NCBI GenBank assembly: GCA_024692685.1
Contig: JAILMJ010000002.1
Location: 2,261 to 66,260, forward strand
DNA: 64,000 nt
Direction of reading: 5' to 3'
Origin: Clostridia bacterium
GTDB lineage: Bacteria > Bacillota > Clostridia > Oscillospirales > Acutalibacteraceae
Position numbers and translations under genes: made by a program. Below, piece after piece: positions 8,866 through 19,431 of the stretch. The notes under the pieces are model-generated. The model searched no databases, was not told the origin of the DNA, and saw only the letters and a program-made list of their open reading frames with translations. Position 1 is the first letter of the stretch. Every line of letters begins with the position of its first letter.

Positions 8866-9867
8866 ATGAAAAGATTAAATATGGCGGTTTGCCTTTTGCT
8901 GGCCGCTGTGATGATACTTTCCGTGACCGCCTGCGGTAAGGATGATGATTTGCACCTGATTACCTCGCAGGAGGAAACATCCTCAATAGAGAAAGAGGTT
9001 AAGACAAAGGTTGCCGCCCTTTCCGGGCCGGTCGGTCTCGGCCTTGCAAAGATGAAAGAGGACAGAGCCTACGGTTACGATGTGACCTATTATGACTCGC
9101 CCGAAAAGATATCTTCCCTCATTGAAAACGGTGAAGCCGATATAGCAACAGTTCCGTTGGAAACCGCCGCAAGTCTGTGGAATAAAAACGGAGGAAAAAT
9201 AAAAGTTCTTGCGGTCGTCTCGCTCGGTTATCTGCAGGTTGTTGAGAACGGAGACAGTATTGAAAGCATATCCGATTTAAAGGGTAAAACTGTTTATTCC
9301 TGCGGTGAAGGTACTGCCGCGGAATGCATATTTGATTATATTCTCTCCGAGAATGATCTTGACCCTGAAAAAGATGTTAAGGCTGAATATGTTGCCTCTG
9401 CTTCGGAGCTTGAAACTATGATAAAAGAAGGGAAGGCAGAGGTTTGCATTCTTCCGCAGCCCGATGCTGCAAAAACTGCCTCGGAAAATGAGAAATACAG
9501 AATTGCTCTTGACCTTGAGGATGAAATTGAGAAGATTTCCGATTCCGGTCTTGCTATGGGCTGCATTATTGCCCGCTCGGATTATATTGAAGCAAATCCC
9601 GATATCATCAGTGAGTTTATTACATTTGCAGAAGTGTCAAGTAATTTTGCAAATCTTTTTGAAATCGGAAGCAATACCCTTTATTCACTGGGATATTTTG
9701 AGACAAAGGAGCTTGCTGCTGCAACCGTTCCGGGTTGCCATCTGGTTTTCATTTACGGAGAAGATATGAATAAAATCTGTGACAAAACCATGGAAGTTTT
9801 AAATGAAGCGAATCCCGACGTAATCGGAAACGCCGTTCCCGGTCCTGATTTTTATTTTGCGGAATAA
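8866..9867 (+). CDS. ABC transporter substrate-binding lipoprotein (NMT1/SsuA-like)
   Basis: Lipobox VTAC; ALSGPVGLG, SISDLKGKTVYS, ILPQP resemble periplasmic-binding fold II proteins. Confidence 0.7.
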   Translation: MKRLNMAVCLLLAAVMILSVTACGKDDDLHLITSQEETSSIEKEVKTKVAALSGPVGLGLAKMKEDRAYGYDVTYYDSPEKISSLIENGEADIATVPLETAASLWNKNGGKIKVLAVVSLGYLQVVENGDSIESISDLKGKTVYSCGEGTAAECIFDYILSENDLDPEKDVKAEYVASASELETMIKEGKAEVCILPQPDAAKTASENEKYRIALDLEDEIEKISDSGLAMGCIIARSDYIEANPDIISEFITFAEVSSNFANLFEIGSNTLYSLGYFETKELAAATVPGCHLVFIYGEDMNKICDKTMEVLNEANPDVIGNAVPGPDFYFAE

Positions 9868-10015
9868 ATACTGTGCCGGATAAAACTGACATAAGCGTCA
9901 ATACGGAATTTTGTTTGATTTTTACTATTGCATTTTTTTATAATATATAATATAATTTCTCTAAAGTCGGCAAATATGCCGGCAAAACCAACTATTTATT
10001 TGAAGGAGTATTGTT

Positions 10016-10945
10016 ATGAAGAAAATTATCGCTGTTATGATGGCTCTTGCCATTGTTCTTTCCTTTGCCGCCTGCGGTGCGAAAGAAAATGCCGAAACGA
10101 CAGCTGCTACTGAAGCAACCGAACCCGAAATCGCAACAGAAGCAACTGAGGCTACCGAGACCGCTTCTCAGACAGAAGAATCTTTAACGGATGAGTCTGC
10201 AGCAAGTGAAGAGGCAACCGAGGCCTCAACAGCTGCTGAAAGCGAATCCTCAACAGAGGCTACCGAAGCAGAAACAACCACAGAAAAAGAAACAGAGTCA
10301 ACAACCGAAGCAAAGAAAGCTCCGGAAGGCAAGGCAGAGATAGTTAAATATTTCAATGAATCCATAAATAAAGTTAAACCCGATGCAAAGTCGATTACCC
10401 AGAACTACTCCAAGATCACTCTTGCAGGAAGCATGACTCTTCCCAGCGCAATCAACGGCGTTCTGAGATTGCTCGGCGGCGCTGACAAATTTATCGGCGA
10501 TCAGCTTGCCAAGAACAGCAAGGGTAAGGAAGTCCTTTCCGATAAAAAAGCATTCCCGGTTGAGAATGAAACCTGGTCCTCAAAGCTCACAGAGGGTGAC
10601 GTTAAGAGCGCAACCTGCACCGAAAAAGACGGCGTTTATACCATTACCATCACCACTGTTGCAGACGGCAAATCTTCATCCGTTACTCACGGTCAGGGTC
10701 ATGCTCCCAAGGCATTCAACGTAGTTCTTCCCGGCGTTGTCAATGATAATATCCCCGGTGTTGCCGCAGGTATAGTCGGCACCGCAGCAATGAACTATCC
10801 TTCAAGCACAGTCAAGGTTACGGTAGATGCCGAAACCGGTCATGTTCTTACCGCTGTTTATGATTCCTACTGGACAATTAACTTTGATAAGGCCGGAGTA
10901 GTAATTCCGTTCCTTACCTCCACTTCTTATAATATTGCCTGGTAA
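10016..10945 (+). CDS. Lipoprotein with Thr/Glu/Ala-rich linker, function unknown
   Basis: Lipobox FAAC; about 70 aa TEAT-like low-complexity stalk; globular C-terminal domain; GAAGGAG RBS. Confidence 0.8.
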   Translation: MKKIIAVMMALAIVLSFAACGAKENAETTAATEATEPEIATEATEATETASQTEESLTDESAASEEATEASTAAESESSTEATEAETTTEKETESTTEAKKAPEGKAEIVKYFNESINKVKPDAKSITQNYSKITLAGSMTLPSAINGVLRLLGGADKFIGDQLAKNSKGKEVLSDKKAFPVENETWSSKLTEGDVKSATCTEKDGVYTITITTVADGKSSSVTHGQGHAPKAFNVVLPGVVNDNIPGVAAGIVGTAAMNYPSSTVKVTVDAETGHVLTAVYDSYWTINFDKAGVVIPFLTSTSYNIAW

Positions 10946-10969
10946 TTACCGTAAAGGAGTCAAAGTTAA

Positions 10970-11545
10970 ATGAAAAAAGAAGTCCTTATTGAAACATCAG
11001 CCAGACATGTTCACGTAACACAGGAAGCGCTTGAAATTCTTTTCGGCAAGGGCTATGAACTTACCGTCAAGAAGATGCTTTCACAGCCCGGTCAGTTTGC
11101 GAGTAACGAGAGAGTTGCGGTTATCGGCACAAAGAGCCAGTTTCCCGCAGTTTCAATTCTCGGTCCCGTACGTCCGGAGTGTCAGGTTGAATTATCCCTT
11201 ACCGATGCTCGTTCAATAGGCGTTGAAGCCCCCATCAGGGAGAGCGGAGATGTAGCAGGCAGCGGTGCTTGTAAACTTGTAGGTCCCAACGGAGAAGTTG
11301 AACTCAAGGAAGGCGTCATTGCCGCCAAGAGGCATATTCACGCCACTCCCGAGGATGCCGAAAAATACGGTCTTAAAGATAAGCAGATTGTTTCCGTCAG
11401 GATTGATTCGGAAGGCCGTTCACTTATCTTTGATGACGTTGTTGTAAGAGTCAGTCCCAAGTATGCGCTCGCCATGCATATTGATACAGATGAATCAAAT
11501 GCGGCAGGCGCAACGCCGGGCCTCATAGGCGAAATACTTGATTGA
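10970..11545 (+). CDS. pduL: PduL-family phosphate propanoyl/acetyltransferase
   Basis: ETSARHVH, LSQPGQFA, LGPVRPECQVELS, AKRHIH, MHIDTDE. Confidence 0.92.
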   Translation: MKKEVLIETSARHVHVTQEALEILFGKGYELTVKKMLSQPGQFASNERVAVIGTKSQFPAVSILGPVRPECQVELSLTDARSIGVEAPIRESGDVAGSGACKLVGPNGEVELKEGVIAAKRHIHATPEDAEKYGLKDKQIVSVRIDSEGRSLIFDDVVVRVSPKYALAMHIDTDESNAAGATPGLIGEILD

Positions 11546-11599
11546 TGATGTAAACTCAGGGCAGTTTTTACTGCCCTTTTATATTTGGAGTTATAAAAT

Positions 11600-12925
11600 A
11601 TGTTTTCATTTATGAATGCTGCAAGAACCTTGCTTGCAAAAACAGTCGCGGGACTGTATGTGATTCTGTCAATGTTCAGCGCCGGGATTCCCTCCGGAGA
11701 TGCGGAACCTACCAAAACCCCGGCAGATTTTACTCCTGTTGTCCGTTTTGCGGTTTGCAGCGACGTTCATCTTAACGGAGAAGAAGAACAGGAAGAGGCA
11801 AAGCGTCTTGAAAAGCTCATAAGCTTTATGTATGACTATTCTGCGGCTCAGGATTACAAAGGTTTTGACGCTCTTGCCCTTGCTGGCGATGTTGCCACAA
11901 CGGGATACGAAAAGGAATACGACATATTCAATAAAATAATAGCGGAGAATCTCAGAAGCGAAACCGAGATGCTGATATGCACGGGCAATCATGAATATAT
12001 TGCCACACGTGACGTTGACGCATCCGAAGGCGCAAGACTCTGGGAGAAGAAAATGGGCAGGTCGCTTGATACTCACGCGGTCATCAACGGTTATCATTTC
12101 ATACTTGCCTCGTATTGCGATGACGGTAAAACTTTCAAGGCCAAACTTGACTGGATTGATTCACAGATAAGGGAAGCAATAGCCGATACCGGTGATAAGC
12201 CCGTTTTCGTTTTTCAGCATCCGGCACCGTTTGCTACCGTTTACGGCAGTGTTAACTGGGGAGATTTTGATATAACCAAGGTGTTGAGGAAGTATCCCCA
12301 GGTAATAGATTTTTCCGGTCACTCCCATTACCCGGTCAATGATCCCCGTTCCATTTGGCAGGGGAGTTATACCGCTTTGGGCTGCGGCACTCTGAGCTAT
12401 TTTGAAACAGAGCTTGACGCTATTGCGGGCAATTTCCCCTACGAAACGGAAAAAGCCGCTCAGTTTTATATTGTTGAGGCGGACGCGGAAGGTAATGTAA
12501 GGATAATGCCTTACGATCTGATTACCGACACGTTCTTCTCAAACGAATATTATCTTACAGGTCTTGCCGATAAGAACTACGAGTATTCTTATGCCCGTAT
12601 GAAAAAAAGAGATATGCCCCCCGAATGGGGAGATAATACCGAGTTTTCAACCGCTGTTGACGAAAGCGGAAACACTGTGCTTACTTTTACCGGAGCAAGC
12701 GACAAATATGTTGTCGAAAGCTATAAGGTCAGCGTTACAAGGAACGGTATGCCTTTCGCAAGCGATAACTTCTCGGGCAAGTATATGTATCTTTTTGAAG
12801 AAGACAAATACGATGTTAATTTAGGCAAACTTGACAGCGGCTCATATAAGGTACAGGTTGTGGCGCTTAATGCATATGCCGAAACTTCAAAACCTGCAAC
12901 ATATAGTTTTACGGTTCAGAACTGA
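11600..12925 (+). CDS. Exported calcineurin-like metallophosphoesterase with C-terminal beta-sandwich domain
   Basis: SDVH, AGDV, GNHE, FQHP, SGHSH; hydrophobic N-terminus; C-terminal FnIII-like [11 protein letters not shown]. Confidence 0.8.
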   Translation: MFSFMNAARTLLAKTVAGLYVILSMFSAGIPSGDAEPTKTPADFTPVVRFAVCSDVHLNGEEEQEEAKRLEKLISFMYDYSAAQDYKGFDALALAGDVATTGYEKEYDIFNKIIAENLRSETEMLICTGNHEYIATRDVDASEGARLWEKKMGRSLDTHAVINGYHFILASYCDDGKTFKAKLDWIDSQIREAIADTGDKPVFVFQHPAPFATVYGSVNWGDFDITKVLRKYPQVIDFSGHSHYPVNDPRSIWQGSYTALGCGTLSYFETELDAIAGNFPYETEKAAQFYIVEADAEGNVRIMPYDLITDTFFSNEYYLTGLADKNYEYSYARMKKRDMPPEWGDNTEFSTAVDESGNTVLTFTGASDKYVVESYKVSVTRNGMPFASDNFSGKYMYLFEEDKYDVNLGKLDSGSYKVQVVALNAYAETSKPATYSFTVQN

Positions 12926-12945
12926 GAACTCACAGGAGAATATAT

Positions 12946-13602
12946 ATGGAACTTAAAGAGATTCTCTCAAAATGCGACCATACACTGCTCTCTCCCGCGG
13001 CTACGTGGAGTGAAATACGCACTGTCTGTGATGACGGTATCAGATACGGCACGGCAAGCGTCTGTATTCCCGCGTCGTTCGTCAGGCGGGCGAAGGAATA
13101 TGTGGGTGACAGAATTGCCGTATGCACCGTTATCGGTTTTCCGAACGGTTATGATACAACCGCATCGAAAGTTTTTCAGACGGAGGATGCGGTATCAAAC
13201 GGAGCGGATGAAATAGATATGGTGATAAATATCGGCGCTCTCAAAGACGGCGACTTTGACTTTGTGCTAAATGAGATAAAAGCGGTCAGGCTGGCCTGTG
13301 AGGGCAAAATCCTTAAAGTCATAATTGAAACCTGTCTGCTTACCGAAGAAGAAAAAATAAAGATGTGCCGCATAGTAAGCGAATCGGGAGCGGATTACAT
13401 CAAGACTTCAACCGGTTTTTCAACTTCGAGCGCAACCTTTGACGATATCCGGCTTTTTGCTGAAAATGTCAGCCCGCACGTAAAAATAAAGGCTGCAGGC
13501 GGCATATCCTCATTGGATGACGCGGAAAGGTTTATTAAACTCGGAGCTTCACGCCTCGGCACAAGCAGAATAGTAAGAATAGCAAAAACACTGGAGGGAT
13601 AA
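12946..13602 (+). CDS. deoC: Deoxyribose-phosphate aldolase
   Basis: [47 protein letters not shown]. Confidence 0.96.
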   Translation: MELKEILSKCDHTLLSPAATWSEIRTVCDDGIRYGTASVCIPASFVRRAKEYVGDRIAVCTVIGFPNGYDTTASKVFQTEDAVSNGADEIDMVINIGALKDGDFDFVLNEIKAVRLACEGKILKVIIETCLLTEEEKIKMCRIVSESGADYIKTSTGFSTSSATFDDIRLFAENVSPHVKIKAAGGISSLDDAERFIKLGASRLGTSRIVRIAKTLEG

Positions 13603-13604
13603 CC

Positions 13605-14360
13605 TTGGCAAAGATTGAAACACCTCATATCAAGCTGATGAATGATACGGGTTTCGGCAAGACCGTTCTTATGCCGGGCGACCCTGTCAGGGCAGAGTTT
13701 ACGGCTGAGAGATTTCTTGAAAATCCGGTTCCCGTCAACAATGTCAGAGGCGTAAAGGGCTATACAGGCACATATAACGGAGTTAAAGTGTCAGTTATGG
13801 CAAGCGGTATGGGTATGCCGTCAATAGGAATTTACAGTTACGAGCTTTTTAAATTTTTTGATGTTCAGAATATAATCAGGATAGGCAGCGCCGGATCGAT
13901 TTCCCCTGAGTGCAAACTGATGGATCTTGTGGCGGGGACAGGCGCCTGCACCGATTCGGACTTTGCAAGCCAGTACGGGCTGAGCGGAACCGTTGCCCCA
14001 GTGTGCGATTTTGATTTGCTCTCACTTGCAAAGGCGGCATCAGCAGAGAAGAATATTGAACTTAAAACAGGAAGTCTGTTTTCCACGGATGTTTTCTATA
14101 ACGATACCCGCAAGTCGACCGACTGGGCAAAAATGGGCTGCCTTGCGGTTGAGATGGAGGCTGCCGCACTCTATATGAACGCCATGAGACTCGGCAAAAG
14201 GGCGCTTGCTATCTGCACAATATCCGATTTGTGTTATGAGCCATTTGACGAACTTTCTCCTGATGAGAGGAGCACCGGCTTTACCGCTATGATGGAGGTT
14301 GCTCTTCTGACTGCTGCAAAAGCAGAAACACTTGATGACCTAAAATGCAGGGAGAACTGA
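13605..14360 (+). CDS. deoD: Purine nucleoside phosphorylase, DeoD type
   Basis: VLMPGDPVRA, NNVRG, GMGMPSIGIY, IIRIGSAG, VEMEAAALY; TTG start after GGAGG. Confidence 0.92.
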   Translation: MAKIETPHIKLMNDTGFGKTVLMPGDPVRAEFTAERFLENPVPVNNVRGVKGYTGTYNGVKVSVMASGMGMPSIGIYSYELFKFFDVQNIIRIGSAGSISPECKLMDLVAGTGACTDSDFASQYGLSGTVAPVCDFDLLSLAKAASAEKNIELKTGSLFSTDVFYNDTRKSTDWAKMGCLAVEMEAAALYMNAMRLGKRALAICTISDLCYEPFDELSPDERSTGFTAMMEVALLTAAKAETLDDLKCREN

Positions 14361-14361
14361 A

Positions 14362-14769
14362 ATGACAGATACCGAACTTATCAGGTCGGCTGTTGAAGCA
14401 AGCCGGAGAGCCTATGCGCCCTATTCAGGCTGTAATGTCGGGGCGGCATTGTTTACGGCAAGCGGAAAAGTATATACCGGTTGTAATATTGAAAATGCCT
14501 CTTTTTCTCTGACTGTCTGTGCCGAAAGAACTGCCTTTTTCAAGGCTGTTGCCGACGGAGAAAAAGAGTTCGTGAAAATAGCTGTGACAGGCAATAAAGG
14601 CGGAAAAAGCGAAGAATACTTTTATCCGTGCGGAGCGTGCAGACAGGTTATGGCTGAATTCTGCGGCGAAGATTTCGTAATAATAACGGCAAAGGGCGAA
14701 ACAGATTATTTAAAAACGACCTTGAAAGAGTTTTTACCCGATGCATTCAATAAATCAAAAATGAGGTAA
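14362..14769 (+). CDS. cdd: Cytidine deaminase
   Basis: AYAPYS, GCNIENAS, CAERTA, PCGACRQ. Confidence 0.95.
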   Translation: MTDTELIRSAVEASRRAYAPYSGCNVGAALFTASGKVYTGCNIENASFSLTVCAERTAFFKAVADGEKEFVKIAVTGNKGGKSEEYFYPCGACRQVMAEFCGEDFVIITAKGETDYLKTTLKEFLPDAFNKSKMR

Positions 14770-14779
14770 AACTAAGACT

Positions 14780-16132
14780 ATGGTCAGGGATTTGACTCAG
14801 GGAAATACGCTCAAAAGAATACTGTCTTTCTGTCTGCCGCTTATGACGGGGCAGATTTTTCAGCAGCTTTATAATATGGTGGACAGTGTCATTGTGGGCA
14901 GATTTGCCGGTACGGCGGAGCTTTCCGCTGTCGGCTCCACAGGGGCACTGAGTTTTATGGTTATCGGCTTTGTGCTGGGGCTTTGCACCGGCTTTTCAAT
15001 CCCCATTTCACACGCCTTCGGCGAAAAAGTGTTTTCAAAACTTCGCGCTTTCTATATCAATTCAATTTACCTGACCGTATTTCTTTCGGCTGTTTTAACG
15101 CTGATAACCGTAATTCTTACAGGCAGAATTCTTAAAGCGATGAATACACCCGATGATATCTATAATCTCGCTTATGATTATATATCAATAGTTTTTTACG
15201 GTCTTACGGCAACTTTTTTTTATAATCTGTTTGCATGCGTGATGAGGTCTCTTGGGGACAGCAGGACACCCCTTATACTGCTCATAATATCTTCTGTATT
15301 GAATATAATACTTGATTTGCTCTTTGTAATTTCTTTCAAGATGGCAGTCAGAGGTGTTGCGATAGCGACGGTTATGGCCCAGTTGTTTTCCGCAGTGCTT
15401 GCATTCATAATCATCAGAAAGAAGTTTGATATTTTGCGGCTCGAGAAAGGGGAGGCAAGGCCGGATATCCGCAAATGCGGTCATCTGCTGTTTAACGGTC
15501 TGCCCATGGCACTTCAGGTATCTGTGACGGCAACAGGTTCTATTATGCTTCAATCTGCCGTGAACCGTCTGGGCAGCACTGTAATAGCGGCTGTCACTGT
15601 TGCAAGCAAGATTCAGCTTATGCTTGTTTTACCCTCGGAGTCCATCGGCATTACCATGGCAACATTCTGCGGTCAGAATGTCGGAGCGTGCAGAATTGAC
15701 AGGATTAAAGACGGAATGGTCAAAGCTGTGATGGTAGGGCTTGTTTACAGTTTGTTTGCTATAAGTATTGCGGGATTCTTCGGCAATGAACTGGCGGCAC
15801 TTTTTGTTTCAAAGAGTCAGACACAGGTAATAAACTATGTTGTCCGTTTTCTGAATACCTGCATCTGGTTTTATCCGATTCTTTCCGTTCTGTTTACACT
15901 CAGAAACGCCGTCCAGGGAATGGGTTACAGTTTCCCGGCTATGTTTGCGGGAGTGTTTGAGCTTGCCGCAAGAGGAATAATGGGGTTCATCTTCATCCCT
16001 GTTTACGGATATTCTGCCGTATGTATCGCCCATCCCATGGCGTGGTCTGCAGCAGTTGTATTCCTTGTTCCCACTTTTTTTGCGACATATTATTTCACAA
16101 AGAAAAAGATAATAGGGGAAATAAAAATTTGA
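14780..16132 (+). CDS. MATE family efflux transporter
   Basis: QQLYNMVDSVIVGRF, GDSRTPL, LNIILD, GVAIAT; about 12 hydrophobic segments. Confidence 0.92.
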   Translation: MVRDLTQGNTLKRILSFCLPLMTGQIFQQLYNMVDSVIVGRFAGTAELSAVGSTGALSFMVIGFVLGLCTGFSIPISHAFGEKVFSKLRAFYINSIYLTVFLSAVLTLITVILTGRILKAMNTPDDIYNLAYDYISIVFYGLTATFFYNLFACVMRSLGDSRTPLILLIISSVLNIILDLLFVISFKMAVRGVAIATVMAQLFSAVLAFIIIRKKFDILRLEKGEARPDIRKCGHLLFNGLPMALQVSVTATGSIMLQSAVNRLGSTVIAAVTVASKIQLMLVLPSESIGITMATFCGQNVGACRIDRIKDGMVKAVMVGLVYSLFAISIAGFFGNELAALFVSKSQTQVINYVVRFLNTCIWFYPILSVLFTLRNAVQGMGYSFPAMFAGVFELAARGIMGFIFIPVYGYSAVCIAHPMAWSAAVVFLVPTFFATYYFTKKKIIGEIKI

Positions 16133-16159
16133 CAAATTTTTTTACCCTGTGTATAATAT
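16129..16159 (+). promoter_or_regulatory. SigA-type promoter for gltA, overlapping the MATE stop codon
   Basis: TTGACA at 16129; TATATA at 17 bp spacing and TATAAT at 16154. Confidence 0.6.
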
Positions 16160-16235
16160 AATATCTATATTATATAGCAATTTATTATCCCGGTGAGGCA
16201 ACATACTCTCATTCGGGCAGGCAGAGGTATTTTTT

Positions 16236-17600
16236 ATGTCTATTATTGAATCTAAACTCTCTGTGGACGAAAGAGAAATGTTCAGAGAGCAGGTAATCAA
16301 GTACAATCAGATCGATTCCTCTCTGTTTACAAAATACAATGTAAAAAAAGGACTGAGAAACTCTGACGGTACAGGCGTTATGGCCGGTATAACAAGAGTT
16401 TGTTCGGTTGAGGGATATTATATCCAGGACGGCGAAAAAGTCCCCGCTGAGGGCAGACTTACCTACCGCGGAATAAATATGGAAGATATCGTTTCCGCCT
16501 GTGAAAAGGAAAACCGTTTCGGATTTGAAGAGGTGGCGTGGCTGCTGCTTTTCGGTTCCCTTCCCACGGCTTCACAGCTTTCGTCATTCACAAATATTCT
16601 TGCCTCATGCAGAGAGTTGCCTGAGGATTTCATCGAGGATATGATAATGAAAGCGCCCTCTCCCGATGTAATGAATAAAATGGCACGCTCCGTGCTGGCG
16701 CTTTATTCGTATGACAATAATCCGGACAGCACCGAAATCGGTAATGTCATAGGCCAGTGTATAAACCTTATTGCCCAGCTTCCCGCCATTATGGGCTATG
16801 CTTATCAGGTCAAAAGAAGGCATTACTACCATAAGAGTATGTATATTCACACCATTAAGCCGGAGTACGGCACAGCCCAGACCATTCTCCGGTCAATCAG
16901 GGCTGACAAAACATTTACCGATGAAGAGGCAAAGCTTCTTGACACCTGCCTTATGGTTCATGCAGAGCACGGCGGCGGCAACAACTCCACTTTTGCCACA
17001 AGAGTTCTTACCTCAAGCGGCACGGACACATACTCAGCGGTGGCGGCAGGTATAGGCGCTCTCAAAGGCCCGAAGCACGGCGGCGCCAACCGCAAGGTTA
17101 CCGAAATGATTGACTACATTAAAGCCGGTGTCGGCGATATTACCGATGAAAGCGCCGTCAAAGATTTCCTTGTCAAAATAATCAGGAAGGAAGCCGGAGA
17201 CAGAACGGGGCTTATTTACGGTATGGGTCACGCCGTCTATACACTTTCAGATCCCAGAGCAAGGATGTTAAAGCATAAGGCAAGTGAGTTTGCCTGCGGC
17301 ACGGAATTTGAAAAGGATCTGCAGCTCCTGAACATAATTGAAAAATACACTCCGGAGATTTTTGCTGCCGAAAAAGACAGCGCTAAGTTTATCTGCGCAA
17401 ATGTTGATCTTTACTCCGGTTTGGTTTACAGAATGCTCAGAGTTCCCGAGGACCTTTATACTCCTCTTTTCACCTCCGCCAGGATAGCCGGATGGTCGGC
17501 TCACAGAATTGAGGAATTGCTCACAGGCGGCAGAATAATCAGACCGGCTTATAAGAACGCCAACGTAGCAGTTGACTATTTACCTATTTCCGAAAGATAA
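16236..17600 (+). CDS. gltA: Citrate synthase (GltA/PrpC family)
   Basis: HAEHGGGNNST, GPKHGGAN, IYGMGHAVY, DPRA, ANVDLYSG, RIAGWSAH. Confidence 0.93.
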   Translation: MSIIESKLSVDEREMFREQVIKYNQIDSSLFTKYNVKKGLRNSDGTGVMAGITRVCSVEGYYIQDGEKVPAEGRLTYRGINMEDIVSACEKENRFGFEEVAWLLLFGSLPTASQLSSFTNILASCRELPEDFIEDMIMKAPSPDVMNKMARSVLALYSYDNNPDSTEIGNVIGQCINLIAQLPAIMGYAYQVKRRHYYHKSMYIHTIKPEYGTAQTILRSIRADKTFTDEEAKLLDTCLMVHAEHGGGNNSTFATRVLTSSGTDTYSAVAAGIGALKGPKHGGANRKVTEMIDYIKAGVGDITDESAVKDFLVKIIRKEAGDRTGLIYGMGHAVYTLSDPRARMLKHKASEFACGTEFEKDLQLLNIIEKYTPEIFAAEKDSAKFICANVDLYSGLVYRMLRVPEDLYTPLFTSARIAGWSAHRIEELLTGGRIIRPAYKNANVAVDYLPISER

Positions 17601-17613
17601 AGAGGCGAAAGAG

Positions 17614-18477
17614 ATGAAAGCTAAACTTCCTTTCTTCATTGATGCAATTGTTCTCGCATCCGCAGTTATAATCTGTCTGCCGCTCAGAATGCTTCAATAC
17701 GGAGACGGCATTGAGGTCTACACCGGTTTTTATACGAATTTCGGTATAAACTTCATCATTTTCTATGCGGTTCTGGCGGCTGCCATAATATATTTTATTG
17801 TTTCTTCGCTGTTGAAAAGGAACAAATTCCATCTTGATACCTCCGCTGCAAAGTTTCCGGGTTGCGGTGTGTTTTCGGCGCTTACTTCCCTTGCCGTTCT
17901 TTACAGCGCATTTCAGTCCTATTCATTAAAGGAGAGGGAAACAGCGGCTTATGTGGTATCTTCAAAGGTGCCCGAAATAGTTTTTCTGCTGCAGGAATTC
18001 TTTGCAATATTGAGCGCGGTATTTTTCCTTATTCTTGCCATATCTCTGCTTACCGGTAAGGATTCTTCCCGTTTCAGAATTCTTGCTCTTTGTCCCGTAG
18101 TTTGGAACATTCTCAGACTGGTGCTTCATTTCACCGTGACTGTCAGTTACACAAGGGTGTCGGATTTAATGCTCGACATGCTTGCTCTCGCTTTTTACAG
18201 CGTGTTCTTTATGGCGTTTGCCCAGTCAAACTCCGGAATCAATTCCGAAGGAGCTGTTTGGAGACTGACTGTTTTCGGCCTCGGCGGCGCATTGCTGGGT
18301 CTTATCTGTTTTATTCCCAGGGCAGTTTTGCTTGTTATGGGCAGGGGAACGCAGATATTTGTGCTTTCAACAGCTGATGTCAGTGACCTTGCCATAGCGC
18401 TGTTCTGTGTTTCAACCGTACTTACAAGACTTGTCCCCGGAAAAACCGATGAACGTGTAGAAGAAAAAACGGAGTAA
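17614..18477 (+). CDS. Multi-pass membrane protein, unknown function
   Basis: About 8 hydrophobic segments; ATG 17614 follows GAGG; tightly packed between gltA and the AEC transporter. Confidence 0.75.
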   Translation: MKAKLPFFIDAIVLASAVIICLPLRMLQYGDGIEVYTGFYTNFGINFIIFYAVLAAAIIYFIVSSLLKRNKFHLDTSAAKFPGCGVFSALTSLAVLYSAFQSYSLKERETAAYVVSSKVPEIVFLLQEFFAILSAVFFLILAISLLTGKDSSRFRILALCPVVWNILRLVLHFTVTVSYTRVSDLMLDMLALAFYSVFFMAFAQSNSGINSEGAVWRLTVFGLGGALLGLICFIPRAVLLVMGRGTQIFVLSTADVSDLAIALFCVSTVLTRLVPGKTDERVEEKTE

Positions 18478-18483
18478 GCTCCT

Positions 18484-19431
18484 ATGTTTTTAAAAAATGT
18501 CGGCATTGCGGCCGAGCAGGTTGCCATACTGTATTTAATGGCAGTAATAGGTGCGATTTGCGAAAAAACCGGTATTTTTACGGAATCTACGGCAAAAAAA
18601 TGCACCGACCTTCTTTTCTACGTAGTTACTACCGCAAAAATCCTTGAAAGCTTTATTTCTCTGGAATACAGTAAGCAGACAGCCAAAAACCTGTTTATCG
18701 CAATCGGCTGCGGTCTTGCAATGCACGCAGTTGCTTCTCTCGGAGTTGCTCCGCTGTTCAATCGCTCCGAACCTAAAAAGGCATCGGTGTATAAATTCGC
18801 CGCTATGTTCGGCAATTGCGGATATATGGGTCTTCCTCTTGTTGATGCTGTAGTCGGCAGAGAAGGAGTGTTCTACTGTTCGGCTGTGATAATATCTTTT
18901 CAGATATTCAATTTCACTTATGGTGTACGCCTTATGACTATAGGTGAAGGGGACGGAAAGAGCAAAATCGATTTTAAGAAGCTGATATTGAATCCCGGGG
19001 TGCTGCCTGTTTTTGCCGGTCTGCCCGTATTTTTGCTTTCGCTTAAGCTGCCCGGGCTCATAACAGTTCCGGTAACTTCACTTGCAAGCATGAATTCTCC
19101 TCTTGCCATGCTCATCTTCGGCACCTTTATTGCCAACACAGATTTTAAGTCCGTGTTTAAGCAATGGAGAATGCTTTGCGTGGCCTTGTTCAAGCTCGTT
19201 CTGATGCCTGCATGTATGATGGCCGCCGTAAAGCTCATCGGTCTGACGGGTCCTCTTGCACTCACTTTGATAGTTGCTTCGGCCACTCCTCCCGCAAATA
19301 ACACAATTATGTTTTCGGCTAAATATGACAGGGATACCGGGCTTGCCTCGCAGATGGTTGCCGTCATCAGTTTTCTGTCGATACTTACCCTTCCCGTTGT
19401 CATAGCTTTGTCAAAAGTATGGATAGTATAA
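18484..19431 (+). CDS. AEC (auxin efflux carrier/malate permease) family transporter
   Basis: FGNCGYMGLP, LILNP, NSPLAMLIFG, TPPANNT; about 10 TM. Confidence 0.88.
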   Translation: MFLKNVGIAAEQVAILYLMAVIGAICEKTGIFTESTAKKCTDLLFYVVTTAKILESFISLEYSKQTAKNLFIAIGCGLAMHAVASLGVAPLFNRSEPKKASVYKFAAMFGNCGYMGLPLVDAVVGREGVFYCSAVIISFQIFNFTYGVRLMTIGEGDGKSKIDFKKLILNPGVLPVFAGLPVFLLSLKLPGLITVPVTSLASMNSPLAMLIFGTFIANTDFKSVFKQWRMLCVALFKLVLMPACMMAAVKLIGLTGPLALTLIVASATPPANNTIMFSAKYDRDTGLASQMVAVISFLSILTLPVVIALSKVWIV

